From the NCBI GenBank assembly GCA_963816145.1, contig CAWFJP010000017.1:1-64000 (forward strand): 64,000 nucleotides of DNA, given 5' to 3'. The notes under the pieces were generated by a model. It saw nothing but the letters and a program-made list of their open reading frames with translations. It was not told where the DNA came from and searched no databases. Positions 20,666-29,897 of the stretch are shown here, piece after piece; positions within the stretch are counted from its first letter, which is position 1; every line of letters begins with the position of its first letter. A program made the translations under genes and the position numbers. Origin of the DNA: an uncultured delta proteobacterium. GTDB lineage: Bacteria > Desulfobacterota > Binatia > UBA9968.

Positions 20666-22207
20666 ATGAGCCTGCGCCAGCAACAAATCGCCGTCTTTAG
20701 CGGCACCGTAGTGGTCATTTTCGGCTTACTTGGCGCCGGCATTTGGCTGATCGCCCAGCGCTTGACCGCCGAAGCGACCTTGCAAACCGCCTTGCTTATG
20801 GCGCGCCAGGTGGAAATCGCCCTGGCCGATAGCCTGCGCGAGCGTCCGGTCATCGTCCAACGCCAGCAACAGGCGCAAAGTGCCCCGTCGTCATTTTGGG
20901 GATTTCTCGGCAATGTATTCAACGACCGCCGATCAAATCCGTCGCCGACGACCACCACAACCACCCGCTACAGTGCGCCGCGCCATGAAGATGTCCGCGG
21001 CCTGATGCGTGCCTTTGTCGACCGCAGCGCGAGTATCGAAGCCATGTGGGTGGTCAACGCCGAGGGGCAGTTGCTGTATACATCTGTCGCTGGCGACGGT
21101 GAGAAATCGCCGTCGACGATAACCGTCATGACCAAGCTGCGCCGCGGCGAAACCATTACCAGCACAAAACGCCAAGGCAAGAACGACTATTACGATGTCT
21201 GGGTGCCGTTGCAGATGCCTCAAGGCGTGCGCAGTCCCGGCGGGCTGCGGCTTTGGCTCAACCCAGCCGATTGGACAGGATTGCTGTCGGGGCTGTGGCA
21301 CCAGCTAACATTACTGTTTGTCCTTGGCGGCGGCGTGGCGCTGGTCGCCGCGTTTCTCACCACGACGCTCTACACGCGCAGATTTCGCCTGATCGCCGAT
21401 ACGCTGCGCCAGGCCGAAGCCGGCACCTACGCGGCCCGTCCCCAGTACGGCAGCCAGGACGAAGTCGGTGCCAGCTTGGACTTGATCGATCGCTTGGTGA
21501 TGAAACAGCGCAAAACCGTCGGAGTGCCGGCGCCGGTGCAACGGCTCGCCATCGCCGCGCGCACACTGGCCCACGAAGTGAAAACGCCCCTCAATGCGTT
21601 AGCAATTCATCTTGAAGTGCTGCGCAATAAAGTTAACGGCGATGGCGACGACGATGCCCAATCGCAGCGCTCGCTGACCGCCTTGGACTCAAGTATTCGC
21701 CAGGTCGACCGTTTGGTGCGCGACTTTACCGACTACTCTGCGCCGGTAGCCATGGAGCGCGACCCGATCGATGTCGCCCAAGTCTTGCACACCAGCCTGG
21801 AAGCGATCGGCTCGGCCTGCCAAGCGAAAAAGATTAATTTGATCAAAGAGCTCGCCGCCGGCCCTTGGCAGGTCTCCGGTGATGCCTCGCGCTTGCGCCA
21901 GACTTTCGATAATCTTCTGCGCAACGCCATGGAAGCCCAGCCCGATGGCGGCGAGGTGATTGTCGCGGCCAAGGCCGAGGGCACACAATTGCTCATCGAC
22001 ATTAGCGACGCTGGCCCCGGCGTGCCGCCCGAGCAGCGCGCCGAAATCTTCGAATTCGGTAAGACCACCAAGGCCACTGGGAGCGGCATCGGTTTGCCTT
22101 TGAGTCAATTGATCGTCGAATCCCATGGCGGCTCGCTGGTCTACCAGGAGCGCAACGGCAGTGGCGCGACCTTTCGCGTGCAATTACCCATGGAGGTAGT
22201 TTTCTAA
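20666..22207 (+). CDS. Membrane sensor histidine kinase
   Basis: Two TM helices, AHEVKTPL H-box, N box NLLRNA, DAGPG, GSGIGL. Confidence 0.92.
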   Translation: MSLRQQQIAVFSGTVVVIFGLLGAGIWLIAQRLTAEATLQTALLMARQVEIALADSLRERPVIVQRQQQAQSAPSSFWGFLGNVFNDRRSNPSPTTTTTTRYSAPRHEDVRGLMRAFVDRSASIEAMWVVNAEGQLLYTSVAGDGEKSPSTITVMTKLRRGETITSTKRQGKNDYYDVWVPLQMPQGVRSPGGLRLWLNPADWTGLLSGLWHQLTLLFVLGGGVALVAAFLTTTLYTRRFRLIADTLRQAEAGTYAARPQYGSQDEVGASLDLIDRLVMKQRKTVGVPAPVQRLAIAARTLAHEVKTPLNALAIHLEVLRNKVNGDGDDDAQSQRSLTALDSSIRQVDRLVRDFTDYSAPVAMERDPIDVAQVLHTSLEAIGSACQAKKINLIKELAAGPWQVSGDASRLRQTFDNLLRNAMEAQPDGGEVIVAAKAEGTQLLIDISDAGPGVPPEQRAEIFEFGKTTKATGSGIGLPLSQLIVESHGGSLVYQERNGSGATFRVQLPMEVVF

Positions 22208-23563
22208 ATGGCTCGTCCGCGTCCCACGATTCTTGTCGTCGATGATGATGAAGCGACGCGCCAGGGTCTAGCCGCATTGCTCGAGAGTTGGGGGTATCAA
22301 GCGAGCGAAGCCGCTGACGGCAAGGCCGCACTGGCAGCCTGCGACAAAGGCTTGCCGCAAGCGATCGTCACCGATTTGATGATGCCGGCCATGAACGGCT
22401 TGGAGTTCGTCGCCGCCCTCGGCGCGCGCGTGCAGCAGATCGCGATTATCTTCGTTACCGGTCAAGCCACCGTCGATACCGCCGTGCAAGCGATCAAACT
22501 GGGAGCCTACGGTTATTTGCCGAAACCATTAGAGCCGCAGCGTTTGCGCGAAGAGTTGGAAAAGGCGCTCAAGCAAGTTTCGTTCGCCCGCGACGCCAGT
22601 GCCCTGCGCCAGCAGCTGGAATCGCCGCTCGGTTCCTACGGCGCTTTGATCGGCAAGTCGGCGCCCATGCGCAAGCTCTATCAACAGATCGGCCAGATCG
22701 CCGCCACCGACGCGGCAGTGTTGGTGAGCGGCGAGAGCGGCACAGGTAAAGAGTTGGTCGCGCAGACCTTGCACGATCTTTCACCGCGCCGCGACGACAG
22801 TTTTCTCGCGCTCAATTGCGCGGCGATCTCGCCAACCTTGATGGAAAGCGAATTATTCGGCCACGAGAAGGGCGCCTTTACCAGCGCCGTCGAGCGTCAT
22901 CTGGGCTGTTTCGAACAAGCCGACGGCGGCACGCTTTTTCTCGACGAAATCACCGAAATGGCGTTGGAAGTGCAGCCAAAGTTCTTGCGCGTGCTCGAAG
23001 AAGGCCAGATCCGCCGCATCGGTGGCAATAAGAATATTCAAGTTTCGGTGCGCGCGGTGGCGGCGACCAATCGCCAGCCGCTGGCCGCGGTTAAAGAGGG
23101 CAAGCTGCGCCAAGATCTTTTCTACCGGTTGAACGTCTTTCACCTCGAGCTGCCCCCGCTGCGCGAGCGCGGCGAGGATATTGCGCTGCTGGCAGGATTT
23201 TTTCTCGAATCGTTTGCCGCGAAATATCACAAAGCAAAGCTGCCCTGGTCCACGGACTTTGGCGCCGCATTGCAGGCGCATCACTGGCCCGGCAATGTGC
23301 GCGAGTTGCGCAACGCCATGGAGCGGTTAACCGTCTTGGCGGCTGGTACCAACCTCACCGCTGCGGACTTCAAACAGTTTTGCCTGTCGACATTGGTCGA
23401 AGAAGTGTCGGATCTGGCGCCGATGTCCCTCGCCGAAGCCGAGCGCCAAGCGATCGAGCGCGCCCTTGCCGCAACGGCCGGCAACAAAACCCACGCCGCC
23501 CAGTTGCTCGGCATCACGCCGAAAACCTTGAACGCCAAATTGGCGCTCTACTCGCAAGAGTAA
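22208..23563 (+). CDS. Sigma54-dependent response regulator (NtrC/AtoC family)
   Basis: Receiver domain, [23 protein letters not shown]-terminal Fis-type HTH. Confidence 0.95.
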   Translation: MARPRPTILVVDDDEATRQGLAALLESWGYQASEAADGKAALAACDKGLPQAIVTDLMMPAMNGLEFVAALGARVQQIAIIFVTGQATVDTAVQAIKLGAYGYLPKPLEPQRLREELEKALKQVSFARDASALRQQLESPLGSYGALIGKSAPMRKLYQQIGQIAATDAAVLVSGESGTGKELVAQTLHDLSPRRDDSFLALNCAAISPTLMESELFGHEKGAFTSAVERHLGCFEQADGGTLFLDEITEMALEVQPKFLRVLEEGQIRRIGGNKNIQVSVRAVAATNRQPLAAVKEGKLRQDLFYRLNVFHLELPPLRERGEDIALLAGFFLESFAAKYHKAKLPWSTDFGAALQAHHWPGNVRELRNAMERLTVLAAGTNLTAADFKQFCLSTLVEEVSDLAPMSLAEAERQAIERALAATAGNKTHAAQLLGITPKTLNAKLALYSQE

Positions 23564-23659
23564 TTTTTCCCTCGTCCTGACTTTTTTTCCCTTCCCAAAA
23601 TGCGCTGTCGCGCGCCAAGTGGTTGATTTTGCGTCATCCGCGTGTGGCACCGCCTTTGC
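23560..23659 (+). promoter_or_regulatory. Sigma54 promoter with IHF site and candidate enhancer
   Basis: TGGCAC-N5-TTGC at 23645-23659; IHF consensus CAAGTGGTTGATT at 23616-23628; GTAATTTTTCC at 23560. Confidence 0.8.
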
Positions 23660-23711
23660 CATAATTGGCAATGGAAGCGCTGATCTGAAACCCTGAGCGA
23701 GGAGCGAAGCA

Positions 23712-24371
23712 ATGAAAAATCATCTTAAAGTTTTGCTATTGCTACAGTCGTTATTAGTCATTTTCGCTGCGCCATCCGCGCAAGCTTTCCGCAAGGATCG
23801 GCGCGATGCGGCGCGTGGGAAGCCCCGTGCCGAGCAGCAATTGGAGCGGGTTAGAGTCGTCATGTTGCCGCTCTTGCAGGCGACCGATCGTCGCATCGCC
23901 GTCGAAGATGTCCGGCTAACCATCGTAGATGAAGCCGCCATCAACGCCGCCAGCTCCGGCAATGGCCAGTTCTACGTTACCACCGGCTTACTAAGCCAAG
24001 CCACCGACGAGCAACTGCGCGGCGTCCTCGCCCATGAGATCGCCCATGAAGTTCTCGGCCATCCCGCCAAAGCACAGATTCTTGGCGCTGGTGTTGGTTT
24101 GGGCACGGTTTTGTTGGGAAAAGTATTTCCCGGTAGTAGCGCCATTGCGCCCATCGCCAGCACCGTGGTCACAGCTCACTATACCCGACCGATGGAATTG
24201 GCCGCAGACCGCCACGCCATCAAGCTGCTCCAGCGCGCGGGCTATTCCAAAAGCACGATGATCAATACACTCGCTTGGCTCATGCAGCTAAATGGCGACA
24301 CCGGCGGCGGAATATTTGCTACCCATCCAGCCACTTCTGAACGCATTCAAGCGCTCCAAGCGATGCGTTAG
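23712..24371 (+). CDS. Secreted M48 family metallopeptidase
   Basis: Signal peptide, INAA, HEIAH, ELAAD, THP..ERI. Confidence 0.88.
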   Translation: MKNHLKVLLLLQSLLVIFAAPSAQAFRKDRRDAARGKPRAEQQLERVRVVMLPLLQATDRRIAVEDVRLTIVDEAAINAASSGNGQFYVTTGLLSQATDEQLRGVLAHEIAHEVLGHPAKAQILGAGVGLGTVLLGKVFPGSSAIAPIASTVVTAHYTRPMELAADRHAIKLLQRAGYSKSTMINTLAWLMQLNGDTGGGIFATHPATSERIQALQAMR

Positions 24372-24378
24372 ATACCCG

Positions 24379-24481
24379 GTAATTTCTCCGCAGTACCATA
24401 CGCTATTACCGAGCGATGATGAGCCCCTGCAACCGCTAAGCAGTTGAAATATCGAAATTTCGATCTTGGCACTGGGGTTGC
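24379..24481 (+). promoter_or_regulatory. Second sigma54 promoter with IHF-like site and the same candidate enhancer
   Basis: TGGCAC-N5-TTGC at 24467-24481; TAAGCAGTTGAAA IHF-like site; GTAATTTCTCC at 24379; palindrome ATCGAAATTTCGAT at 24451-24464. Confidence 0.75.
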
Positions 24482-24529
24482 TCCATCCGTACTCAAGCAG
24501 AGTCTTAAACGTGAGAGGAGAATCTAGTC

Positions 24530-24694
24530 ATGTGTCGCAACAGTCCAGTGACGATTTTAGCACTGCTTGCCGAGATGGCCCGCTGCCTAAACCAGAACAT
24601 GGCCAAGGTAACGCTGACACCGATTGATACGGCGTTTACCGCCGGCCTGAATTCTGCGACCGACGCTATATTGATACGATCTTCGAATGTCTAA
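24530..24694 (+). CDS. Small ORF, 54 aa (MCRNSPVTILALLAEMARCLNQNMAKVTLTPIDTAFTAGLNSATDAILIRSSNV)
   Basis: Translated by hand (below the ORF-track cutoff); GAGAGGAG RBS upstream; first ORF after the sigma54 promoter. Confidence 0.45.
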   Translation: MCRNSPVTILALLAEMARCLNQNMAKVTLTPIDTAFTAGLNSATDAILIRSSNV

Positions 24695-24705
24695 CGAGGC
24701 CCGTC

Positions 24706-25005
24706 GTGAAACCGCAAAACTGTACCGTGATGTTTCTGTTGTTGGGCGCGCTGCTTTTCGGTCGCGGCGGTCATGCTGAGGCTGGCAGTCAAGGCAAGAT
24801 CTCGACGGCCCACCGTGGCGGTCAAGCCAATGCTCACATGAGTCCTAAAGGTAGCGCAAATAGCAACGCGCAATGGTCCGCCGATCCGGCTCGCGGTTGG
24901 ATTCGCGCCGACGAACGGCATGAGCTCAGGAAAGCCGACCCGCCCGCGACGAACAGAGCCGACAAAGGGAAACCGAAAGCCAAAGAAAAGGCCAAAGGCT
25001 ATTAG
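24706..25005 (+). CDS. Small secreted basic hypothetical protein
   Basis: Signal-peptide-like N-terminus, N.QWS.DP.RG...A.ER segment, Lys-rich tail; GAGG upstream. Confidence 0.55.
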   Translation: MKPQNCTVMFLLLGALLFGRGGHAEAGSQGKISTAHRGGQANAHMSPKGSANSNAQWSADPARGWIRADERHELRKADPPATNRADKGKPKAKEKAKGY

Positions 25006-25029
25006 GGCAAAGATGAACGGAGGTGGAAT

Positions 25030-25386
25030 ATGCTTAGGACGAAAGAATTTTGCAAAGCAACTGTAGCAACCATGATGGCGGCGGCGATCTTATCGACCGG
25101 TTGTGCTGGTGGCTCGCTCAGCACCAGGGAAAAGGGCGCGGGCATTGGCGCGCTCGGTGGCGCTGCGGCCGGTGGCATCATCGGTTCCACGGTCCGTCAC
25201 CCGGCAGCGGGCGCGCTCATCGGCGGCGCGCTCGGGCTTGGCGCCGGCGCGCTGATCGGCGACCAATTGCAAGGCCATGAGAACACCAGCTATCAACAAC
25301 AGCAACAGATCAACCGCAACCAGGCTGAGATCGAGCGCAATCGACAGGAGATCCAGCGAATCCAGCGCCAGCGCGGCGAGTACTAA
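25030..25386 (+). CDS. Glycine-zipper lipoprotein with a Gln/Arg-rich coiled tail
   Basis: STGC lipobox-like motif, GAGIGALGGAAAGGIIG..GALIGGALGLGAGALIG. Confidence 0.82.
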   Translation: MLRTKEFCKATVATMMAAAILSTGCAGGSLSTREKGAGIGALGGAAAGGIIGSTVRHPAAGALIGGALGLGAGALIGDQLQGHENTSYQQQQQINRNQAEIERNRQEIQRIQRQRGEY

Positions 25387-25499
25387 CTCGCGCCGTCGTT
25401 AAACTGGGTTCTTGCGATTGACAGAATCCTTCCGGAGTGACTAATCTCGGGCCGTTGATCAATGCAACGGCCCGAGATTTTTTTTCAGGAGGATTAGCC

Positions 25500-26504
25500 A
25501 TGAATACCATCGATGCCGACGGCCATATCGTCGAGACCAATAGTGACATCAGAAAATATCTTGTCGAACCCTACAGTAAGCGCGGCGGTCCACTGCTGCC
25601 GTCGGACGGTTTGGATACCGGGCTGGGCGGTTTAGTTGGCGGTCTAGAGCATGTCGATATCCCGACCCGACTCAGTGACATGGACAAAGAGGGAATCGAT
25701 GTCGCCGTGCTTTTTCCCACCAGCAGTTTCGCCGTCAATGGTTTCATGGAACGCGACTATGCGGTGGCATACGCCCGTGCGTACAATGATTTTGTCGCCG
25801 ACGTGTGTAAACAAAGTCCGCGTCTAAAGGCGGTGGGTTTGGTCGCTTTGCAGGACCCCGAGGCCGCGGTCAGCGAGGCGAATCGCGCGGTAACCAAGCT
25901 TGGCTTGAGTTCCATCGCGGTGGCGACCCAAGGCATGAAAGAGCATCTGGGATCGAGGAGTTTCTGGCCCCTCTATGAAGAGATGCAGCGCTTGAACGTT
26001 CCGCTCAGCGTGCACAATCGGCGCGAGGGTCCCGCGGGTGACAAGCGTTTCGACAGTTTTATTTTCATGCACACCATTGGCCGACCGGTCGAGACCTTCA
26101 TTCAGTTTGCCGGCTTGATGTATGCCGGAATTCCCGAGAAATTTCCCAAACTGCGGATTTCGTTTCTCGAATGCGGCGTGGGTTGGGCCCCCTATTGGAT
26201 CGAACGGATGGATGAGGAATGGGAGAAGCGCGGCAAAATCGAAACGCCGCTGTGCAAACACAAGCCCAGTGAATATATCGCACAGGGTAACTGGTTTTTC
26301 GCCTTCGAACCGGAGGAAGAGACACTACCCTACGCCATCGAACGGATTGGCGACGACAAGATCCTCTTCGCCTCGGACTATCCGCATTGGGACGGCATGT
26401 TTCCCAATGTGACGAAAACCATCCGCGGCCGCAAGGATATTTCCGAACAAGCGAAAAACCGGCTCTTGGGAGAAAATGCCAAACGGCTCTACGGGTGGAA
26501 CTAA
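25500..26504 (+). CDS. Amidohydrolase family protein (Amidohydro_2)
   Basis: IDADGH, ARAYND, LECG.GW, FASDYPHWD; GGAGG RBS. Confidence 0.9.
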   Translation: MNTIDADGHIVETNSDIRKYLVEPYSKRGGPLLPSDGLDTGLGGLVGGLEHVDIPTRLSDMDKEGIDVAVLFPTSSFAVNGFMERDYAVAYARAYNDFVADVCKQSPRLKAVGLVALQDPEAAVSEANRAVTKLGLSSIAVATQGMKEHLGSRSFWPLYEEMQRLNVPLSVHNRREGPAGDKRFDSFIFMHTIGRPVETFIQFAGLMYAGIPEKFPKLRISFLECGVGWAPYWIERMDEEWEKRGKIETPLCKHKPSEYIAQGNWFFAFEPEEETLPYAIERIGDDKILFASDYPHWDGMFPNVTKTIRGRKDISEQAKNRLLGENAKRLYGWN

Positions 26505-26508
26505 TTAG

Positions 26509-27510
26509 ATGGGCCGTCGCTGGTTCGGTTTCCTGTTTCTCGCGCTGAGCCTTGTTCCGACAGCCTACGCCTTCGCGGCGGACGCTCAGCCCCTGCGCAA
26601 AGTGCGTATGGCGTTCACCTCGCTGTCGTCGGTCATGTGTCCGCCTTGGATCGCTCGCGAGCTGGGGATTTTCAATAAGCATGGCTTGGATGTCGAAGTC
26701 ATCGCCACACCCACCGGCGTCGAAGGTATGAACGCGCTGATCGCCGGCGAACTGCAGTTTCTGCAAATCTCCGGCGGCACCACTGCAAGCGCGGCATTGG
26801 GCGGCGCCGATGTCATGGTCGTTGGTACTACCCTCGATGCTCTCGTGCAAAATCTGATGGCGCGCCCGGAGATTGAGAAACCAGAGCAACTCAAAGGCAA
26901 ATCCGTCGGCATCACCCGCTTCGGCACATCGATCGATGTCGGCGCCCGCTTGGCGCTCAAGCATTTCGGCCTGGTGGCGGAAAAAGAAGTCGCCATCGTC
27001 CAGGTCGGCGGCATGGAGTCGATGGTCACCGCGCTGCAGACCAATCGTATTCAAGCCGGGATTCTTTCCTATCCGGCGATCACCCAGGCGTTGAAGCTCG
27101 GCAACCGGGTCCTACTCGATGTTGCCTCATTGGGAATCCCCTACGCGTTCACTGGCATGACCACACGCGGCCGCTTGATCAAAGAGGACCCCGATCTGGT
27201 GCGCCGCTACATGATGGCCCAGACCGAAGCGATCGCTCGCGCCAAGCGGGATAAGAATATCGCCCTCAAAGTCATGGGCAAATATCTGCGCACGGCCAAT
27301 CCCAACGCACTCGCCGAGTCCTACGACATCGACGTGCAGAAATACATGCTGCGCGTGCCGCTGACCACGACGGAAGCGATGAAGTCGGTGCTCGACGATC
27401 TCGGCGGAAGGATTCCCAAAGCCAAGGACGCCGACCCAAAGAGATTCTTCGACGACAGCTTCGTCCGACAAATGCAGTCGAGTGGTTTCATCGACGCCCT
27501 CTACAAATAA
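26509..27510 (+). CDS. ABC-type substrate-binding protein (NMT1/SsuA/TauA-like)
   Basis: Signal peptide, G.F.KHGLDVE, LKGKSVGITRFGT. Confidence 0.88.
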   Translation: MGRRWFGFLFLALSLVPTAYAFAADAQPLRKVRMAFTSLSSVMCPPWIARELGIFNKHGLDVEVIATPTGVEGMNALIAGELQFLQISGGTTASAALGGADVMVVGTTLDALVQNLMARPEIEKPEQLKGKSVGITRFGTSIDVGARLALKHFGLVAEKEVAIVQVGGMESMVTALQTNRIQAGILSYPAITQALKLGNRVLLDVASLGIPYAFTGMTTRGRLIKEDPDLVRRYMMAQTEAIARAKRDKNIALKVMGKYLRTANPNALAESYDIDVQKYMLRVPLTTTEAMKSVLDDLGGRIPKAKDADPKRFFDDSFVRQMQSSGFIDALYK

Positions 27511-27603
27511 CTGCGCGTGCAATTTCAACGTCAGTTTCCGCCGTTGGTTTGCGCCACAGACGCGCCTGATATAAGAATTCAGCGACAAGTTGTGGAGGAT
27601 TTC

Positions 27604-28740
27604 ATGCGAGTCATCGATGCCGACGGCCATGTCGAAGAGAATCCGATTACTTTCAGCGACAAGTATTTCGATCCAGCTTTTCGCCCGCACCGGCCGCAAG
27701 TCGTTCCTGGCACCGAAGAAGGTCTCGCCTACTGGATGATCGACGAGCAGCTGTTTCCCCGCCGTGTCGGCCGCGGCTGTAATAACCTCGGCACCCCGGC
27801 AAGCATCAACGGCAGACCAGTACGCCATGCTCAGCGCAAAGCCGACAGTCTCGGTAGCATGGAGCTGACTGATTTGAGCGAGCGGCTACAGATCATGGAC
27901 GAGGAGAATATCTGGTTGCAGGTGCTTTATCCGACGCTGTTCCTCGCCTATCCGTTGAGCTCCGATACCGCTTACACCAGCGCCATGTACAGCGCCTACA
28001 ACCGCTGGCTTGGCGACGTGCTGTCGGGTCAGGAGCGTTTGAAGTGGGTCGGTGTCGCCAATCTCGACGACATTCCAGCAGCGGTGAAACAAGTTCACGA
28101 AGCTAAACAGCTCGGCGCCGTCGGCATGATGATCCTCGGCACGGCCGGCGACCGGCTCCTCGATGACGAAAGTCTTATGCCGTTCTACGAAGCTGTCGCC
28201 AGCGAAGATTTACCCCTCGCCGTCCATGTCGGCTGGGCCTGCCCGTCGCTGAACAATCTTTATACCCATATTTATCCTTCGGGCGTGATCCCGTTCTTGA
28301 TGCCGGTGCTCATGGGAATGGTGTCAATGATGAGCGGCGGCATTTTCGACCGCTATCCCAACCTGCGCGTGGTCTACTTGGAAGCCGGTTGTCTATGGGT
28401 CCATTTCATTCTCGAACGGCTGCACCATCGCTTCGAGCATTCCGGGAAAAACTTGTCCAACGTCGTGTCGCGCACCGCGCCGATCCAAAAACTTGCGCCG
28501 ATGGATTACATCAAGAAGGGCAACATTTATTTCAGCTCGGAAGTGGAAGATGTTCTGCTGCCGCAGGTACTCGATTTGGTGGGAGACGGGCAATTGATGT
28601 TCGCCTCGGACATGCCGCACGGCGACCGCGAGCGTTTCGCAGCTAAGACATTGCAAGATCGCCGGGATATCAGCGCCGCCGCCAAGACCAAGATATTGGA
28701 ATCCAACCCAGCGAAGTTTTATCGCTTGCCCGGTTTCTAA
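27604..28740 (+). CDS. Amidohydrolase family protein (Amidohydro_2)
   Basis: IDADGH, AYNRWL, LEAG..W, FASDMPH; GGAGG RBS. Confidence 0.9.
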   Translation: MRVIDADGHVEENPITFSDKYFDPAFRPHRPQVVPGTEEGLAYWMIDEQLFPRRVGRGCNNLGTPASINGRPVRHAQRKADSLGSMELTDLSERLQIMDEENIWLQVLYPTLFLAYPLSSDTAYTSAMYSAYNRWLGDVLSGQERLKWVGVANLDDIPAAVKQVHEAKQLGAVGMMILGTAGDRLLDDESLMPFYEAVASEDLPLAVHVGWACPSLNNLYTHIYPSGVIPFLMPVLMGMVSMMSGGIFDRYPNLRVVYLEAGCLWVHFILERLHHRFEHSGKNLSNVVSRTAPIQKLAPMDYIKKGNIYFSSEVEDVLLPQVLDLVGDGQLMFASDMPHGDRERFAAKTLQDRRDISAAAKTKILESNPAKFYRLPGF

Positions 28741-28793
28741 TAGCGTCGCCAATCGACGCGGCGAATTCCATCCATCTCGGCTTCTTACCTCCT

Positions 28794-28931
28794 ATAGAGA
28801 CTTTGTCGTAATGCAGAACTGTTCCAATCCTGTCATCACGAGCGTAACGACGGATCTCGTCTTTTCTGCCGCTTACGAAGTCAAGATTCCTCGGCTTCGC
28901 CTCGCAATGACAGTTGCGACATAGTCTCTAT
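28794..28931. mobile_element. MITE-like element with terminal inverted repeats enclosing a REP-like hairpin
   Basis: ATAGAGACTTTGTCGTAA ... TTGCGACATAGTCTCTAT (18-bp TIR, 2 mismatches); inner TGTCATCACGAG ... CTCGCAATGACA. Confidence 0.6.
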
Positions 28932-28966
28932 GAGCGCGTAATGCTGCCGTTTAGAAATTGTTGTAA

Positions 28967-29827
28967 ATGGCCGAATACTACGCCTTGCAAGCCGCGCTCT
29001 GCTTCTCCATCGCGCACATTTTTGTCCGCCGCGGTCTGGATGGCTCCAATGCGCTCACCGGCTCGGTGATCTCCTTGGGCACCAGCACGGTGATTTTCTG
29101 GATTCTCGCCAGCCTGTTGGCACCGCTATCGTCACTCTCGTCGCCGGCGATCGGTTACTTCATGGCCGGCGGCTTCTTCGCGCCGGCCATCGGCCAAACT
29201 TTGGGTTACATCGGCATGGAACGCATCGGCGTGGCGCGCTCCTCGCCGATCGTCAATACCTCGCCGATGTTTTCATCGATCTTCGCCGTGCTCTTGCTCG
29301 GCGATATTTGGCTGGCGCAAAACATCCTCGGCACCTGCCTGGTCATCCTGGGCGTCGTCATCCTATCGACGAGCCGGCCGGCAAGCGGAAAGTGGCATAA
29401 GAAGGATGTGATCTACCCGGTTTTGGCCGCCCTCGCCTTCGGCATCTCGACGACATTTCGCAAGACCGGCTTGATGACGGTTCACGTCCCATTGCTCGCC
29501 GCGGCAGTTACGGTAGGCACAGCCTTTTTTGTTTTGCTCGCCATCGTTTGGTTCAAAGGCGGCCGCGACATATTGCGCTTTAACCAGCGCAGCAGCTCCT
29601 GGCTCGTCGCCGGTGCAGTGATCAACAGCGCGGCAATTCTGTCGTTCTTTTCCGCGCTCAATGTCGGCACCATCGTTCGCGTGGAACCGCTCGTCGCGTG
29701 CAATCCGCTGTTGACCATACTATGGGCGTCAATTTTTTTGCGCCAATTCGAGACACTGTCCCGGCGTGTCATAGTCGGCGCCTTGGTGACGGTCGTGGGC
29801 ACGGTGTTGGTGCTGACGGTGAAATAG
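28967..29827 (+). CDS. EamA/DMT family transporter
   Basis: About 10 hydrophobic helices, IGVARSSPI..TSPMF motif, duplicated EamA pattern. Confidence 0.85.
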   Translation: MAEYYALQAALCFSIAHIFVRRGLDGSNALTGSVISLGTSTVIFWILASLLAPLSSLSSPAIGYFMAGGFFAPAIGQTLGYIGMERIGVARSSPIVNTSPMFSSIFAVLLLGDIWLAQNILGTCLVILGVVILSTSRPASGKWHKKDVIYPVLAALAFGISTTFRKTGLMTVHVPLLAAAVTVGTAFFVLLAIVWFKGGRDILRFNQRSSSWLVAGAVINSAAILSFFSALNVGTIVRVEPLVACNPLLTILWASIFLRQFETLSRRVIVGALVTVVGTVLVLTVK

Positions 29828-29897
29828 ATGAACGGTTTTGATTAGAATTTCCAAGGTGATATGACTGTCTGGAGTAAATTTTCGGAGGAATCACGTA

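Noticed and set aside
26098-27054. 318-aa minus-strand ORF and similar long antisense ORFs (4190-4828, 29769-30605, 31510-32352, 49592-50467)
   Set aside because: They overlap well-supported genes on the opposite strand, as expected in GC-rich DNA.
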